A stretch of DNA of 64,000 nt, taken from contig NC_047015.1 in the NCBI RefSeq assembly GCF_902652985.1, positions 16,368,001-16,432,000 on the forward strand. Reading direction: 5' to 3'. Under the pieces are notes generated by a model. It did not search any database and was not told where the DNA came from. It saw nothing but the letters and a program-made list of their open reading frames with translations. Origin of the DNA: Pecten maximus. Its lineage: Eukaryota. Positions 14,291 through 29,273 of this stretch are shown in pieces. The first letter of the stretch is position 1. Each line of letters starts with the position of its first letter. The position numbers were made by a program, and so were the translations under genes.

Positions 14291-14671
14291 ATACAGTATT
14301 AACCGATTGAACTCCAAACAAGCCCCCGATTCGATGTTTAATGCTGTATACAAGTTAATAGGTGGAATTTAAAAAGCTGAGAAATAACTCTTATCTTCTA
14401 AGCAAATATATACACTCGTGAAAATTTAAATTAATATCTTCAAATCCAACAGCTATTTAAATATTGAAGATAAATTAACTGAACAAATATACCAGTGTCA
14501 ACACACTGCAAACCCGTCAATAGTATTCCCAAGGTACACCGCCTATTAAATGTATACTAGCCTGGTTTTAATCATCTACTGGTAGCCAGATTAGTTTGAT
14601 ACATACGACATATATTTTATAATGGTTTATTCCACGTCAGAGTTCTTGTCTTGTGACAAAAAATAAACGGT

Positions 14672-14735
14672 AGTGTTCCTCTACCTGGAATCGAACCCAG
14701 TCCACTGAGATCTAGGCTGTCCGTTTGCTATTCAT
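14672..14735 (-). mobile_element. Degenerate tRNA-like/SINE head fragment
   Basis: Minus strand has a T-arm/B-box CTGG-GTTCGATT-CCAG (B-box 14697-14687) and an A-box-like TAGCAAACGG (14730-14721); spacing is too short for an intact tRNA. Confidence 0.4.
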
Positions 14736-14865
14736 GCTGCTTTAAAACGGTGGGAGATCTCTGTTATATTCGGTTGTAGGGGAAGGGAGGGTTCTTAGTT
14801 AGTCTGTTGTACCCATACAACTTGTGGTTCTGTGCTGTAAGGATACTTATCTATTACCACTCTGC

Positions 14866-17800
14866 TACATTGTCCCGTTAATCCAGTACAACTACTGCCT
14901 ACATACATTGTCCCGTTAGTCCAGTACAACTACTGCCTACATACATTGTCACGTTAGTCCAGTACAAGTACTACCCACATATATTGTCCCGTTAGTCCAG
15001 TACAACTACTGCCTACATACATTGTCCCGTTAGTCCAGTACAACTACTGTCTACATACATTGTCCCGTTAGTCCAGTACAACTACTGCCTACATACATTG
15101 TCCCGTTAGTCCAGTACAACTACTGTCTACATACATTGTCCCGTTAGTCCAGTACAACTACTGCCTACATACATTGTCCCATTAGTCCAGTACAACTACT
15201 GCCTACATACATTGTCACGTTAGTCCAGTACAACTACTGCCTACATACATTGTCCCGTTAGTCCAGTACAACTGCTGTCTACATACATTGTCACGTTAGT
15301 CCAGTACAACTACTGCCTACATACATTGTCCCGTTAGTCCAGTACAACTCCTGCCTACATACATTGTCCCGTTAGTCCAGTACAACTACTGCCTACATAC
15401 ATTGTCACGTTAATCCAGTACAACTACTGCCTACATACATTGTCCCGTTACTCCAGTACAACTACTGCCTACATACATTGTCCCGTTAATCCAGTACAAC
15501 TACTGTCTACATGCATTGTCCCGTTAGTCCAGTACAACTACTGTCTACATACATTGTCCCGTTAGTCCAGTACAACTCCTGCCTACATACATTGTCCCTT
15601 TAGTCCAGTACAACTACTGCCTACATACATTGTCCCGTTAGTCCAGTACAACTACTGCCTACATACATTGTCCCGTTAGTCCAGTACAACTCCTGCCTAC
15701 ATACATTGTCCCGTTAGTCCAGTACAACTACTGCCTACATACATTGTCCCGTTAGTCCAGTACAACTACTGCCTACATACATTGTCCCGTTAGTCCAGTA
15801 CAACTACTGTCTACATACATTGTCCCGTTAGTCCAGTACAACTACTGCCTACATACAATGTCCCGTCAGTCCAGTACAACTACTGCCTACATACATTGTC
15901 CCGTTAGTCCAGTACAACTACTGCCTCCATACATTGTCCCGTTAGTCCAGTACAACTACTGCCTACACACATTGTCCCGTTAGTCCAGTACAACTACTGC
16001 CTACATACATTGTCCCGTTAGTCCAGTACAACTACTGCCTACATACATTGTCCCGTTAGTCCAGTACAACTACTGTCTACATACATTGTCCCGTTAGTCC
16101 AGTACAACTACTGTCTACATACACTGTCCCGTTAGTCCAGTACAACTACTGCCTACACACATTGTCCCGTTAGTCCAGTACAACTACTGCCTACATACAT
16201 TGTCCCGTTAGTCCAGTACAACTACTGCCTACATACATTGTCCCGTTAGTCCAGTACAACTACTGTCTACATACAATGTCCCGTTAGTCCAGTACAACTA
16301 CTGCCTACATACATTGTCCCGTTAGTCCAGTACAACTACTGTCTACATACATTGTCCCGTTAGTCCAGTACAACTACTGTCTACATACATTGTCCCGTTA
16401 GTCCAGTACAACTACTGCCTACATACATTGTCCCGTTAGTCTAGTACAACTACTGCCTACATACATTGTCCCGTTAGTCCAGTACAACTACTGTCTACAT
16501 ACATTGTCCCGTTAGTCCAGTACAACTACTGCCTACATACACTGTCCCGTTAGTCCAGTACAACTACTGTCTACATACAATGTCCCGTCAGTCCAGTACA
16601 ACTACTGCCTACATACACTGTCCCGTTAGTCCAGTACAACTACTGCCTACATACATTGTCCCGTTAGTCCAGTACAACTGCTGTCTACATACATTGTCAC
16701 GTTAGTCAAGTAAAACTACTACCTACATACACTGTCCCGTTAGTCCAATACAACTACTGTCTACATACATTGTCCCGTTAGTCCAGTACAACTACTGTCT
16801 ACATACATTGTCCCGTTAGTCAAGTAAAACTACTACCTACATACACTGTCCCGTTAGTCCAATACAACTACTGTCTACATACATTGTCCCGTTAGTCCAG
16901 TACAACTACTGTCTACATACATTGTCCCGTTAGTCCAGTACAACTACTGCCTACATACATTGTCCCGTTAGTCCAGTACAACTGCTGTCTACATACATTG
17001 TCACGTTAGTCAAGTAAAACTACTACCTACATACACTGTCCCGTTAGTCCAATACAACTACTGTCTACATACATTGTCCCGTTAGTCCAGTACAACTACT
17101 GTCTACATACATTGTCCCGTTAGTCCAGTACAACTACTGCCTACATACATTGTCCCGTTAGTCCAGTACAACTGCTGTCTACATACATTGTCACGTTAGT
17201 CAAGTAAAACTACTACCTACATACACTGTCCCGTTAGTCCAATACAACTACTGTCTACATACATTGTCCCGTTAGTCCAGTACAACTACTGTCTACATAC
17301 ATTGTCCCGTTAGTCAAGTAAAACTACTACCTACATACACTGTCCCGTTAGTCCAATACAACTACTGTCTACATACATTGTCCCGTTAGTCCAGTACAAC
17401 TACTGTCTACATACATTGTCCCGTTAGTCCAGTACAACTACTGCCTACATACATTGTCCCGTTAGTCCAGTACAACTACTGTCTACATACATTGTCCCGT
17501 CAGTCCAGTACAACTACTGCCTACATACATTGTCCCGTTAGTCCAGTACAACTGCTGTCTACATACATTGTCACGTTAGTCAAGTAAAACTACTACCTAC
17601 ATACACTGTCCCGTTAGTCCAATACAACTACTGTCTACATACATTGTCCCGTTAGTCCAGTACAACTACTGTCTACATACATTGTCCCGTTAGTCAAGTA
17701 AAACTACTACCTACATACACTGTCCCGTTAGTCCAATACAACTACTGTCTACATACATTGTCCCGTTAGTCCAGTACAACTACTGTCTACATACATTGTC

Positions 17801-20800
17801 CCGTTAGTCCAGTACAACTACTGCCTACATACATTGTCCCGTTAGTCCAGTACAACTGCTGTCTACATACATTGTCACGTTAGTCAAGTAAAACTACTAC
17901 CTACATACACTGTCCCGTTAGTCCAATACAACTACTGTCTACATACATTGTCCCGTTAGTCCAGTACAACTACTGTCTACATACATTGTCCCGTTAGTCC
18001 AGTACAACTACTGCCTACATACATTGTCCCGTTAGTCCAGTACAACTGCTGTCTACATACATTGTCACGTTAGTCAAGTAAAACTACTACCTACATACAC
18101 TGTCCCGTTAGTCCAATACAACTACTGTCTACATACATTGTCCCGTTAGTCCAGTACAACTACTGTCTACATACATTGTCCCGTTAGTCAAGTAAAACTA
18201 CTACCTACATACACTGTCCCGTTAGTCCAATACAACTACTGTCTACATACATTGTCCCGTTAGTCCAGTACAACTACTGTCTACATACATTGTCCCGTTA
18301 GTCCAGTACAACTACTGCCTACATACATTGTCCCGTTAGTCCAGTACAACTACTGTCTACATACATTGTCCCGTCAGTCCAGTACAACTACTGTCTACAT
18401 ACATTGTCCCGTTAGTCCAGTACAACTACTGTCTACATACATTGTCCCGTTAGTCCAGTACAACTACTGCCTACATACACTGTCCCGTTAGTCCAGTACA
18501 ACTACTGTCTACATACATTGTCCCGTTAGTCCAGTACAACTACTGTCTACATACATTGTCCCGTTAGTCCAGTACAACTACTGCCTACATACATTGTCCC
18601 GTTAGTCCAGTACAACTACTGTCTACATACATTGTCCCGTTAGTCCAGTACAACTACTGTCTACATACATTGTCCCGTTAGTCCAGTACAACTACTGTCT
18701 ACATACATTGTCCCGTTAGTCCAGTACAACTACTGCCTACATACATTGTCCCGTTAGTCCAGTACAACTACTGCCTACATACACTGTCCCGTTAGTCCAG
18801 TACAACTACTGTCTACATACATTGTCCCGTTAGTCCAGTACAACTACTGCCTACATACATTGTCCCGTTAGTCCAGTACAACTACTGCCTACATACATTG
18901 TCCCGTTAGTCCAGTACAACTACTGTCTACATACATTGTCCCGTTAGTCCAGTACAACTACTGTCTACATACATTGTCCCGTTAGTCCAGTACAACTCCT
19001 GCCTACATACATTGTCCCGTTAGTCCAGTACAACTCCTGCCTACATACATTGTCCCGTTAGTCCAGTACAACTTCTGCCTACATACATTGTCACGTTAGT
19101 CCAGTACAACTACTGCCTACATACATTGTCCCGTTAGTCCAGTACAACTACTGCCTACATACATTGTCACGTTAGTCCAGTACAACTACTGCCTACATAC
19201 ATTGTCCCGTTAGTCCAGTACAACTACTGCCTACATACATTGTCCCGTTAGTCCAGTACAACTACTGCCTACATACATTGTCCCGTTAGTCCAGTACAAC
19301 TACTGCCTACATACACTGTCCCGTTAGTCCAGTACAACTACTGTCTACATACATTGTCCCGTTAGTCAAGTAAAACTACTGCCTACATACATTGTCCCGT
19401 TAGTCCAGTACAACTACTGCCTACATACACTGTCCCGTTAGTCCAGTACAACTACTGCCTACATACACTGTCCCGTTAGTCAAGTAAAACTACTGCCTAC
19501 ATACATTGTCCCGTTAGTCCAGTACAACTACTGTCTACATACATTGTCCCGTTAGTCCAGTACAACTACTGCCTACATACATTGTCCCGTTAGTCCAATA
19601 CAACTACTGCCTACATACAGTGTCCCGTTAGTCCAGTACAACTACTGCCTAGATACATTGTCCCGTTAGTCCAGTACAACTACTGTCTACATACATTGTC
19701 CCGTTAGTCCAGTACAACTACTGTCTACATACATTGTCCCGTTAGTCCAGTACAACTACTGCCTACATACATTGTCACGTTAGTCCAGTACAACTACTGC
19801 CTACATACATTGTCACGTTAGTCCAGTACAACTCCTGCCTACATACATTGTCCCGTTAGTCCAGTACAACTACTGCCTACATACATTGTCCCGTTAGTCC
19901 AGTACAACTACTGCCTACATACATTGTCCCGTTAGTCCAGTACAACTACTGCCTACATACATTGTCCCGTTAGTCCAGTACAACTACTGTCTACATACAT
20001 TGTCCCGTTAGTCCAGTACAACTACTGCCTACATACATTGTCCCGTTAGTCCAGTACAACTACTGCCTACATACATTGTCCCGTTAGTCCAGTACAACTC
20101 CTGCCTACATACATTGTCCCGTCAGTCCAGTACAACTACTGCCTACATACATTGTCCCGTTAGTCTAATACAACTACTGTCTACATACATTGTCCCGTTA
20201 GTCCAGTACAACTACTGCCTACATACATTGTCCCGTTAGTCTAATACAACTACTGCCTACATACATTGTCCCGTTAGTCCAGTACAACTACTGCCTACAT
20301 ACATTGTCCCGTTAGTCTAATACAACTACTGCCTACATACATTGTCCCGTTAGTCCAGTACAACTACTGCCTACATACATTGTCCCGTTAGTCTAATACA
20401 ACTACTGCCTACATACATTGTCCCGTTAGTCCAGTACAACTACTGCCTACATACATTGTCCCGTTAGTCCAGTACAACTACTGCCTACATACATTGTCCC
20501 GTTAGTCCAGTACAACTACTGCCTACATACAGTGTCCCGTTAGTCCAGTACAACTACTGCCTAGATACATTGTCCCGTTAGTCCAGTACAACTCCTGCCT
20601 ACATACATTGTCCCGTCAGTCCAGTACAACTACTGCCTACATACATTGTCCCGTTAGTCCAGTACAACTACTGTCTACATACATTGTCCCGTTAGTCCAG
20701 TACAACTACTGCCTACATACATTGTCCCGTTAGTCTAATACAACTACTGCCTACATACATTGTCCCGTTAGTCCAGTACAACTACTGTCTACATACATTG

Positions 20801-22790
20801 TCCCGTTAGTCCAGTACAACTACTGCCTACATACATTGTCCCGTTAGTCCAATACAACTACTGCCTACATACATTGTCACGTTAGTCCAGTACAACTACT
20901 GCCTACATACATTGTCACGTTAGTCCAGTACAACTACTGCCTACATACATTGTCCCGTTAGTCCAGTACAACTACTGCCTACATACATTGTCACGTTAGT
21001 CCAGTACAACTACTGACTACATACAATGTCCCTTTATTTTAGTCCAGTACAACTACTGCCTACATACATTGTCCCGTTTGTCCAGTACAACTACTGCCTA
21101 CATACAATGTCCCGTTAGTCCAGTACAACTACTGCCTACATACATTGTCCCGTTAGTCCAGTACAACTACTGCCTACATACATTGTCACGTTAGTCCAGT
21201 ACAACTACTGACTACATACAATGTCCCTTTAATTTAGTCCAGTACAACTACTGCCTACATACATTGTCCCGTTTGTCCAGTACAACTACTGCCTACATAC
21301 AATGTCCCGTTAGTCCAGTACAACTACTGCCTACATTCATTGTCACGTTAGTCCAGTACAACTACTGCCTACATACATTGTCACGTTAGTCCAGTACAAC
21401 TACTGCCTACATACATTGTCCCGTTAGTCCAGTACAACTACTGCCTACATACATTGTCACGTTAGTCCAGTACAACTACTGACTACATACAATGTCCCTT
21501 TAATTTAGTCCAGTACAACTACTGCCTACATACATTGTCCCGTTTGTCCAGTACAACTACTGCCTACATACAATGTCCCGTTAGTCCAGTACAACTACTG
21601 CCTACATACATTGTCCCGTTAGTCCAGTACAACTACTGCCTACATATATTGTCCCGTTAGTCCAGTACAAGTACTACCTACATACACTGTCCCGTTAGTC
21701 CAATACAACTACTGCCTACATACATTGTCCCGTTAGTCCAGTACAACTACTGCCTACATACATTGTCCCGTTAGTCCAGTACAACTACTGCCTACATACA
21801 TTGTCCCGTTAGTCCAATACAACTACTGCCAACATACATTGTCACGTTAGTCCAGTACAACTACTGCCTACATTCATTGTCACGTTAGTCCAGTACAACT
21901 ACTGCCTACATACATTGTCCCGTTAGTCCAGTACAACTACTGTCTACATACATTGTCCCGTTAGTCCAGTACAACTACTGCCTACATACATTGTCCCGTT
22001 AGTCCAGTACAACTACTGCCTACATACATTGTCCCGTTAGTCCAATACAACTACTGCCTACATACATTGTTCCGTTAGTCCAGTACAACTACTGCCTACA
22101 TACATTGTCACGTTAGTCCAGTACAACTACTGCCTACATACATTGTCCCGTTAGTCCAATACAACTACTGTCTACATACATTGTCCCGTTAGTCCAGTAC
22201 AACTACTGCCTACATACATTGTCCCGTTAGTCCAGTACAACTACTGCCTACATACATTGTCCCGTTAGTCCAATACAACTACTGCCTACATACATTGTCC
22301 CGTTAGTCCAGTACAACTACTGTCTACATACACTGTCCCGTTAGTCCAGTACAACTACTGCCTACATACATTGTCCCGTTAGTCCAGTACAACTCCTGCC
22401 TACATACATTGTCCCGTTAGTCCAGTACAACTACTGCCTACATATATTGTCCCGTTAGTCCAGTACAACTACTGCCTACATACATTGTCCCGTTAGTCCA
22501 GTACAACTACTGCCTACATACATTGTCACGTTAGTCCAGTACAAGTACTACCAACATACATTGTCCCGTTAGTCCAGTACAACTACTGCCTACATACATT
22601 GTCCCGTTAGTCCAGTACAACTACTGCCTACATACATTGTCCCGTTAGTCCAGTACAACTACTGCCTACATACATTGTCCCGTTAGTCCAGTACAACTAC
22701 TGCCTACATACATTGTCCCGTTAGTCCAGTACAACTACTGCCTACATACATTGTCCCGTTAGTCCAATACAACTGCTGCCTACATACATT
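14866..22790. repeat. Large tandem array, 38-bp unit (ACATTGTCCCGTTAGTCCAGTACAACTACTGYCTACAT), ~208 copies, with local higher-order structure
   Basis: Direct periodicity over 7.9 kb. Confidence 0.97.
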
Positions 22791-23429
22791 GGCGAGGGAT
22801 TGTTCGTTATTTGTTCGATAGATTGATCACAACTTCCATCACTCACGGCGATTGATGCAAACAGGGTTTCACTACAAAAATTCCTATTGATATCGATACC
22901 GATTTGAAATCACGGCATTCTACAATTAGTAAATTATTACGAATAGGAATATTTCATGAGTGTACACTTCTAAAATGTCATTAAGTGGACATTTATTTAA
23001 CAAGTTCACTCGCCTGCTGCCACGATGAAAGCGATGGCTATCAAACACGCAACGGCTGTGAACCATGTGAACCATGGAGAGGAGATTGTTTCCATACCAT
23101 ATACTATATGACATTTATACGGGAGGCAGATCTGACCATATCATTCTAGATTTTCAAATATAATTACCATTATTCCCAGTTCACAAACCTCGTTAGGCCT
23201 GACCAAGTAACCATACCATACCAACACATCACCAAGTAGCTTTAAATGCGACGGAAGGAATAATCCCAGCTCTAGCTAGTTGGTATAGTGAATATTCTGA
23301 TATAGACACCCAATAAAATAAAAAGGCACCAATACATTGCGTTGTTGCCGACATACATGTTCATTCTTAAAATGCTATTAAAATAATCGTTCCCAACTCG
23401 GCCAAACGCTGCTTCAGTACACGCTCTCT

Positions 23430-25705
23430 AGTAACCATACACGCCCCCTAGTAACTATACACCCCCTAACAATACATACCCCTAACAATACACGCTCCCT
23501 AGTAACCATACACCCCCTAACCATACACACTAGCTAACCATATACACTCTCTAACCATACACACCCCCTAACCATACACGCTAGCTAACCATACACACCC
23601 CTAACCATACACACTCTCTAACCATACACACTCCCTAACCATATACGCTCCCTAACCATACACGCTAGCTAACCATACACACCCCTAACCATACACACTC
23701 TCTAACCATACACACTCCCTAACCATACACGCTCCCTAACCATACACACCCCTAACCATACACACTCTCTAACCATACACACCCCTAACCATACAACCTC
23801 CCTAACCATACACACTCCCTAACCATACACACTCCCTAACCATACACACTCCCTAACCATACACGCTCCCTAACCATACACACCCCTAACCATACACACT
23901 CTCTAACCATACACACCCCTAACCATACACACTCCCTAACCATACACACTCCCTAACCATACACACTCTCTAACCATACACACTCTCTAACCATACACAC
24001 CCCTAACCATACAACCTCCCTAACCATACACACTCCCTGACCATACACACTCTCTAACCATACACACTCCCTAACCATACACGCTAGCTAACCATACACA
24101 CCCCTAACCATACACACTCTCTAACCATACACACTCCCTAACCATATACGCTCCCTAACCATACACGCTAGCTAACCATACACACCCCTAACCATACACA
24201 CTCTCTAACCATACACACTCCCTAACCATACACGCTCCCTAACCATACACACCCCTAACCATACACACTCTCTAACCATACACACCCCTAACCATACAAC
24301 CTCCCTAACCATACACACTCCCTAACCATACACACTCCCTAACCATACACACTCCCTAACCATACACACTCCCTAACCATACACGCTCCCTAACCATACA
24401 CACCCCTAACCATACACACTCTCTAACCATACACACCCCTAACCATACACACTCCCTAACCATACACACTCCCTAACCATACACACTCTCTAACCATACA
24501 CACTCTCTAACCATACACACCCCTAACCATACAACATCCCTAACCATGCACACTCCCTAACCATACACACTCCCTGACCATACACACTCTCTAACCATAC
24601 ACACTCCCTAACCATACACGCTCCCTAACCATACACACCCCTAACCATACACACTCTCTAACCATACACACCCCTAACCATACAACCTCCCTAACCATAC
24701 ACGCTCCCTAACCATACACACCCCTAACCATACACACTCTCTAACCATACACACCCCTAACCATACAACCTCCCTTACCATACACACTCCCTAACCATAC
24801 ACACTCCCTAACCATACACACTCCCTGACCATACACACTCCATAACCATACACATTCCCAAACCATACACACTCCCTAACCATACACACTTCCTAACCAT
24901 ACACACTCCCTAACCATACACTCCCTAACCATACAACCTCCCTAACCATACACACTCCCTAACCATACACACTCCCTAACCATACACACTCTCTAACCAT
25001 ACACACTCTCTAACCATACACACCCCTAACCATACAACCTCCCTAACCATACACACTCCCTAACCATACACACTCCCTGACCATACACACTCTCTAACCA
25101 TACACACTCCCTAACCACACACGCTCCCTAACCATACACACCCCTAACCATACACACTCTCTAACCATACACACCCCTAACCATACAACCTCCCTAACCA
25201 TACACGCTCCCTAACCATACACACCCCTAACCATACACACTCTCTAACCATACACACCCCTAACCATACAACCTCCCTAACCATACACACTCCCTAACCA
25301 TACACACTCCCTAACCATACACACTCCCTAACCATACACACTCCCTAACCATACACACTCCCTGACCATACACACTCCATAACCATACACATTCCCAAAC
25401 CATACACACTCCCTAACCATACACACTCCCTAACCATACACATTCCCAAACCATACACACTCCCAAACCATACACACTCCCTAACCATACACACTCCCTA
25501 ACTAACTAAACACACACGCTAACCATACACGCTCCATAACCATACACACTCCCTAACCATACACGCTCCATAACCATACACACTCCCTAACCATACACAG
25601 CCCCTTACCATACACTCCCTAACCATACACACTCCCTAACCATACCCACACGCTAACCAAACACACTCCCTAACCATACCCACACCCTAACCAAACACAC
25701 CCCTA
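23430..25705. repeat. Tandem array, 16-17-bp unit (CCCTAACCATACACACT) containing the telomeric hexamer CCCTAA
   Basis: Direct periodicity; ~503-bp block duplication (variant ACGCTAGC at ~23578 and ~24081). Confidence 0.93.
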
Positions 25706-26234
25706 AGTGATTGACCGGATTTATTGTCTGTCGGTACACAGTGTCGTCGTGGGAATCACCTGTCCTCAATTACAGACAGGTGTGTGTTAATGTTTATACA
25801 AGGACATTTACTCATAGCAACTAACCTTTGTTAGTATCAATACAACACGTTCGTATCATACTGCACGCGACGGGCAACTCGCTTGCGCGTGCTATACTAA
25901 TCCATATCTTCTGCAAAGTCAGTTCAATGCTACATTGCACTTTTATGATTACAAAGGCAATTGAAATAACAAAAATATGTAAAAAAAAACAAAAAAAAAA
26001 ACATGAACAATAAGATACAGAGTCACCAAACTACAAGCGTGTCTACTTTTTATAATTATCATGACATTAGGTCTGCCCTCTAGGTAGGGCATTTTTCTCC
26101 CTGCAGTCTCCCTAGACACAACCTTAATTTTGACTAAATGAGCTGAGCGTTCGACATGATCGGGAGGGCTGTTCGTCCTGTTCCCGTACCAAAGTCATGA
26201 ATCCCTCTGTTTGACGCTATGCTATTAATAATCC

Positions 26235-27815
26235 TGAGACAACGACATGTGGGTACCTTCAGACTACGACATGTGAGTACCTTGATACCATGACATGTGA
26301 GTACCTTGATACCGTGACATGTGAGTACCTTGATACCGTGACATGTGAGTACCTTGAGACCTTGACATGTGAGTGCCTTGATACCGTGACATGTGAGTGC
26401 CTTGATACCGTGACATGTGAGTACCTTGATACCATGACATGTGAGTACCTTGATACCGTGACATGTGAGTACCTTGATACCGTGACATGTGAGTACCTTG
26501 ATACCGTGACATGTGAGTACCTTGATACCGTGACATGTGAGTACCTTGATACCGTGACATGTGAGTACCTTGATACCGTGACATGTGAGTACCTTGATAC
26601 CGTGACATGTGAGTACCTTGATACCGTGACATGTGAGTACCTTGATACCGTGACATGTGAGTACCTTGATACCGTGACATGTGAGTACCTTGATACCGTG
26701 ACATGTGAGTACCTTGATACCGTGACATGTGAGTACCTTGATACCATGACATGTGAGTACCTTGATACCATCACATGTGAGTACCTTGATACCATCACAT
26801 GTAAGTACCTTGATACCATGACATGTGGGTACCTTGAGACCATGACATGTGAGTACCTTGAGACCAAGACATGTGAGTACCTTGATACCATGACATGTGA
26901 GTACCTTGATACCATGACATGTGAGTACCTTGATACCATGACACTTGAGTACCTTGATACCATGACATGTGAGTACCTTGATACCATGACATGTGAGTAC
27001 CTTGATACCATGACATGTGAGTACCTTGATACCATGACATGTGAGTACCTTGATACCATGACATGTGAGTACCTTGATACCATGACATGTGAGTACCTTG
27101 AGACCATGACATGTGAGTACCTTGAGACCAAGACATGTGGGTACCTTGATACCATGACATGTGGGTACCTTGAGACCTTGACATGTGAGTACCTTGAGAC
27201 CATGACATGTGAGTACCTTGATACCATGACATGTGAGTACCTTGATACCAAGACATGTGAGTACCTTGAGACCAAGACATGTGAGTACCTTGATACCATG
27301 ACATGTGAGTACCTTGATACCATGACATGTGAGTACCTTGATACCATGACATTTGAGTATCTTGATACCATGACATGTGAGTACCTTGATACCAAGAGAT
27401 GTGAGTACCTTGATACCATGACATGTGAGTACCTTGAGACCTTGACATGTGAGTACCTTGATACCATGACATGGGAGTACCTTGATACCATGACATGTGG
27501 GTACCTTGATACCATGACATGTGAGTATCTTGATACCATGACATGGGAGTACCTTGATACCATGACATGTGGGTACCTTGAGACCATGACATGTGAGTAC
27601 CTTGATACCATGACATGGGAGTACCTTGATACCATGACATGTGAGTACCTTGAGACAATGACATGTGAGTACCTTGATACCATGACATGGGAGTACCTTG
27701 ATACCGTGACATGTGAGTACCTTGATACCATGACATGTGAGTACCTTGATACCGTGACATGTGAGTACCTTGATACCGTGACATGTGAGTACCGTTAGAC
27801 TATGACATGTGAGTT
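26235..27815. repeat. Tandem array, 24-bp unit (GTACCTTGATACCRTGACATGTGA), ~65 copies
   Basis: Direct periodicity; stop-free in several frames. Confidence 0.95.
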
Positions 27816-29100
27816 CCTTCAGTATTTTGAGGTTATCTCTTAACATGGAAGTTCTCCACATAATTGTATTAACTTAAAGTTTTGAAATATATTTGATAAT
27901 ATTTAGATTTACAAATGATTTAAATCATGCTCATCATTTACACCATGTGAATATATCTCCGTAATTAAACATCAGAACTGTAATAATGTATTCAATTTAT
28001 CCAATATTAATGATAACATAATTTAATCACGTGCACATATACAAAGTTGCCATGCTGTATTTAGAGCCAGAAATAATTATCACGTACAAACATGAATCAA
28101 CTTTATGATTTAACACCGATAAGATATCAGCTGGTTGAAATGAGATCGTATCGAAGAAATAAAAATCTTTAAAGGCCGTTCCTGCGTTGATAAATTTTGT
28201 AATTAAATCTTTGTGATAGTCAATGAGTGAATAATTTGAACCCATACTATGTCGCTCGTGTCCTATTAGATCTACGCTGGCGAATACAGGTTTAATTTTC
28301 CTTCCAACAAGCACATAGATTGATTCTAGTAAACACCAGCAAACACAATAACAAGTTGCAACAGATTTCAGTTAAAAGTCATCTGGTATATAATTGTGCT
28401 ATATTAACATTAGAGGTACTGACTTTGGTTGTGGGAATAATTACTTGTCGGGCGGTCAGGCTTTGATCTGCTTACATCGACGTATGCACATCAAACGCTA
28501 ATTCAATTCAACAGTTTTAATTATATATAAACGACGGCCGTGAAGAGTAATTGTAATTACTTCCCCGTCGACGTTATATAATATTTTATTTTCTTATTTT
28601 CTCTTTTCTATTTCAGACTGTTTATTCCCTGTAACCACAACAGGCTATATCAAATACTGTGCAAAATCAATCATAATTGATAGAGAATTCCAACACTCCG
28701 GACTGTTTGTAACTACTGGCGTTTTTCCGGATCTGTTTTATTGGGATTCCGTTAGTCCATTACTTTGTAGTTATCGTAAAAGAAATCAAAAATAAGATAT
28801 TATATTCTATCTTTAGAAAATCATGCTGTCAGTTCACATCATCAGTTCTAGATGGATGGAATGGAGGAATGACTGTTTATCAGATTAATAAAGAGTAAGG
28901 CCTGTTAACGGAGGACAGTTATCCTTAAAACGGCAGAGCAATATTACCAACCTATCGCTCCGGTATTGCGCTTGGTATTGTTATTGCACGCATCATCATA
29001 AAATGTGTCATGTTTCAATTATAATTTCTTAAAACTACATGAAAATGTGATTTGGGACAACATGACACCAACTTAGGGTGTCAGATTAATAAGCAGAACC

Positions 29101-29273
29101 GAACACTCGCACGTTACTCCGGTGATTTGACGTGAGACTAAGGTTAATCTATAAATAACGTATCTTAATACGACAGTAGCGGTAATCCGGACACTTCCTC
29201 GAACACGCACACGTTACTCCGGTGATTTGATGTGAGACTTAGGTTAATCAGTCGCGGTAATCCGGACACTTCC
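29101..29273. repeat. Two-copy local direct duplication (~100 bp and ~73 bp copies)
   Basis: GAACAC..ACGTTACTCCGGTGATTTGAYGTGAGACTWAGGTTAATC…GCGGTAATCCGGACACTTCC occurs twice, with an indel. Confidence 0.75.

Noticed and set aside
12793-14372. ORFs of TVQDTYNTALCE-type repeats
   Set aside because: They are translations of a 36-bp satellite, open in most frames
14672-14735. Functional tRNA gene
   Set aside because: Only the T-arm/B-box is convincing; there is no acceptor stem and the spacing is too short. The 32409-32480 segment likewise fails, having a decayed B-box
26134-27861. 500-575-aa repeat ORFs (TCHGIKVL, TCEYLDTM, VSRYSHVM)
   Set aside because: These are by-products of a stop-poor 24-bp unit open in several frames on both strands, with no unique domain or evident synonymous bias
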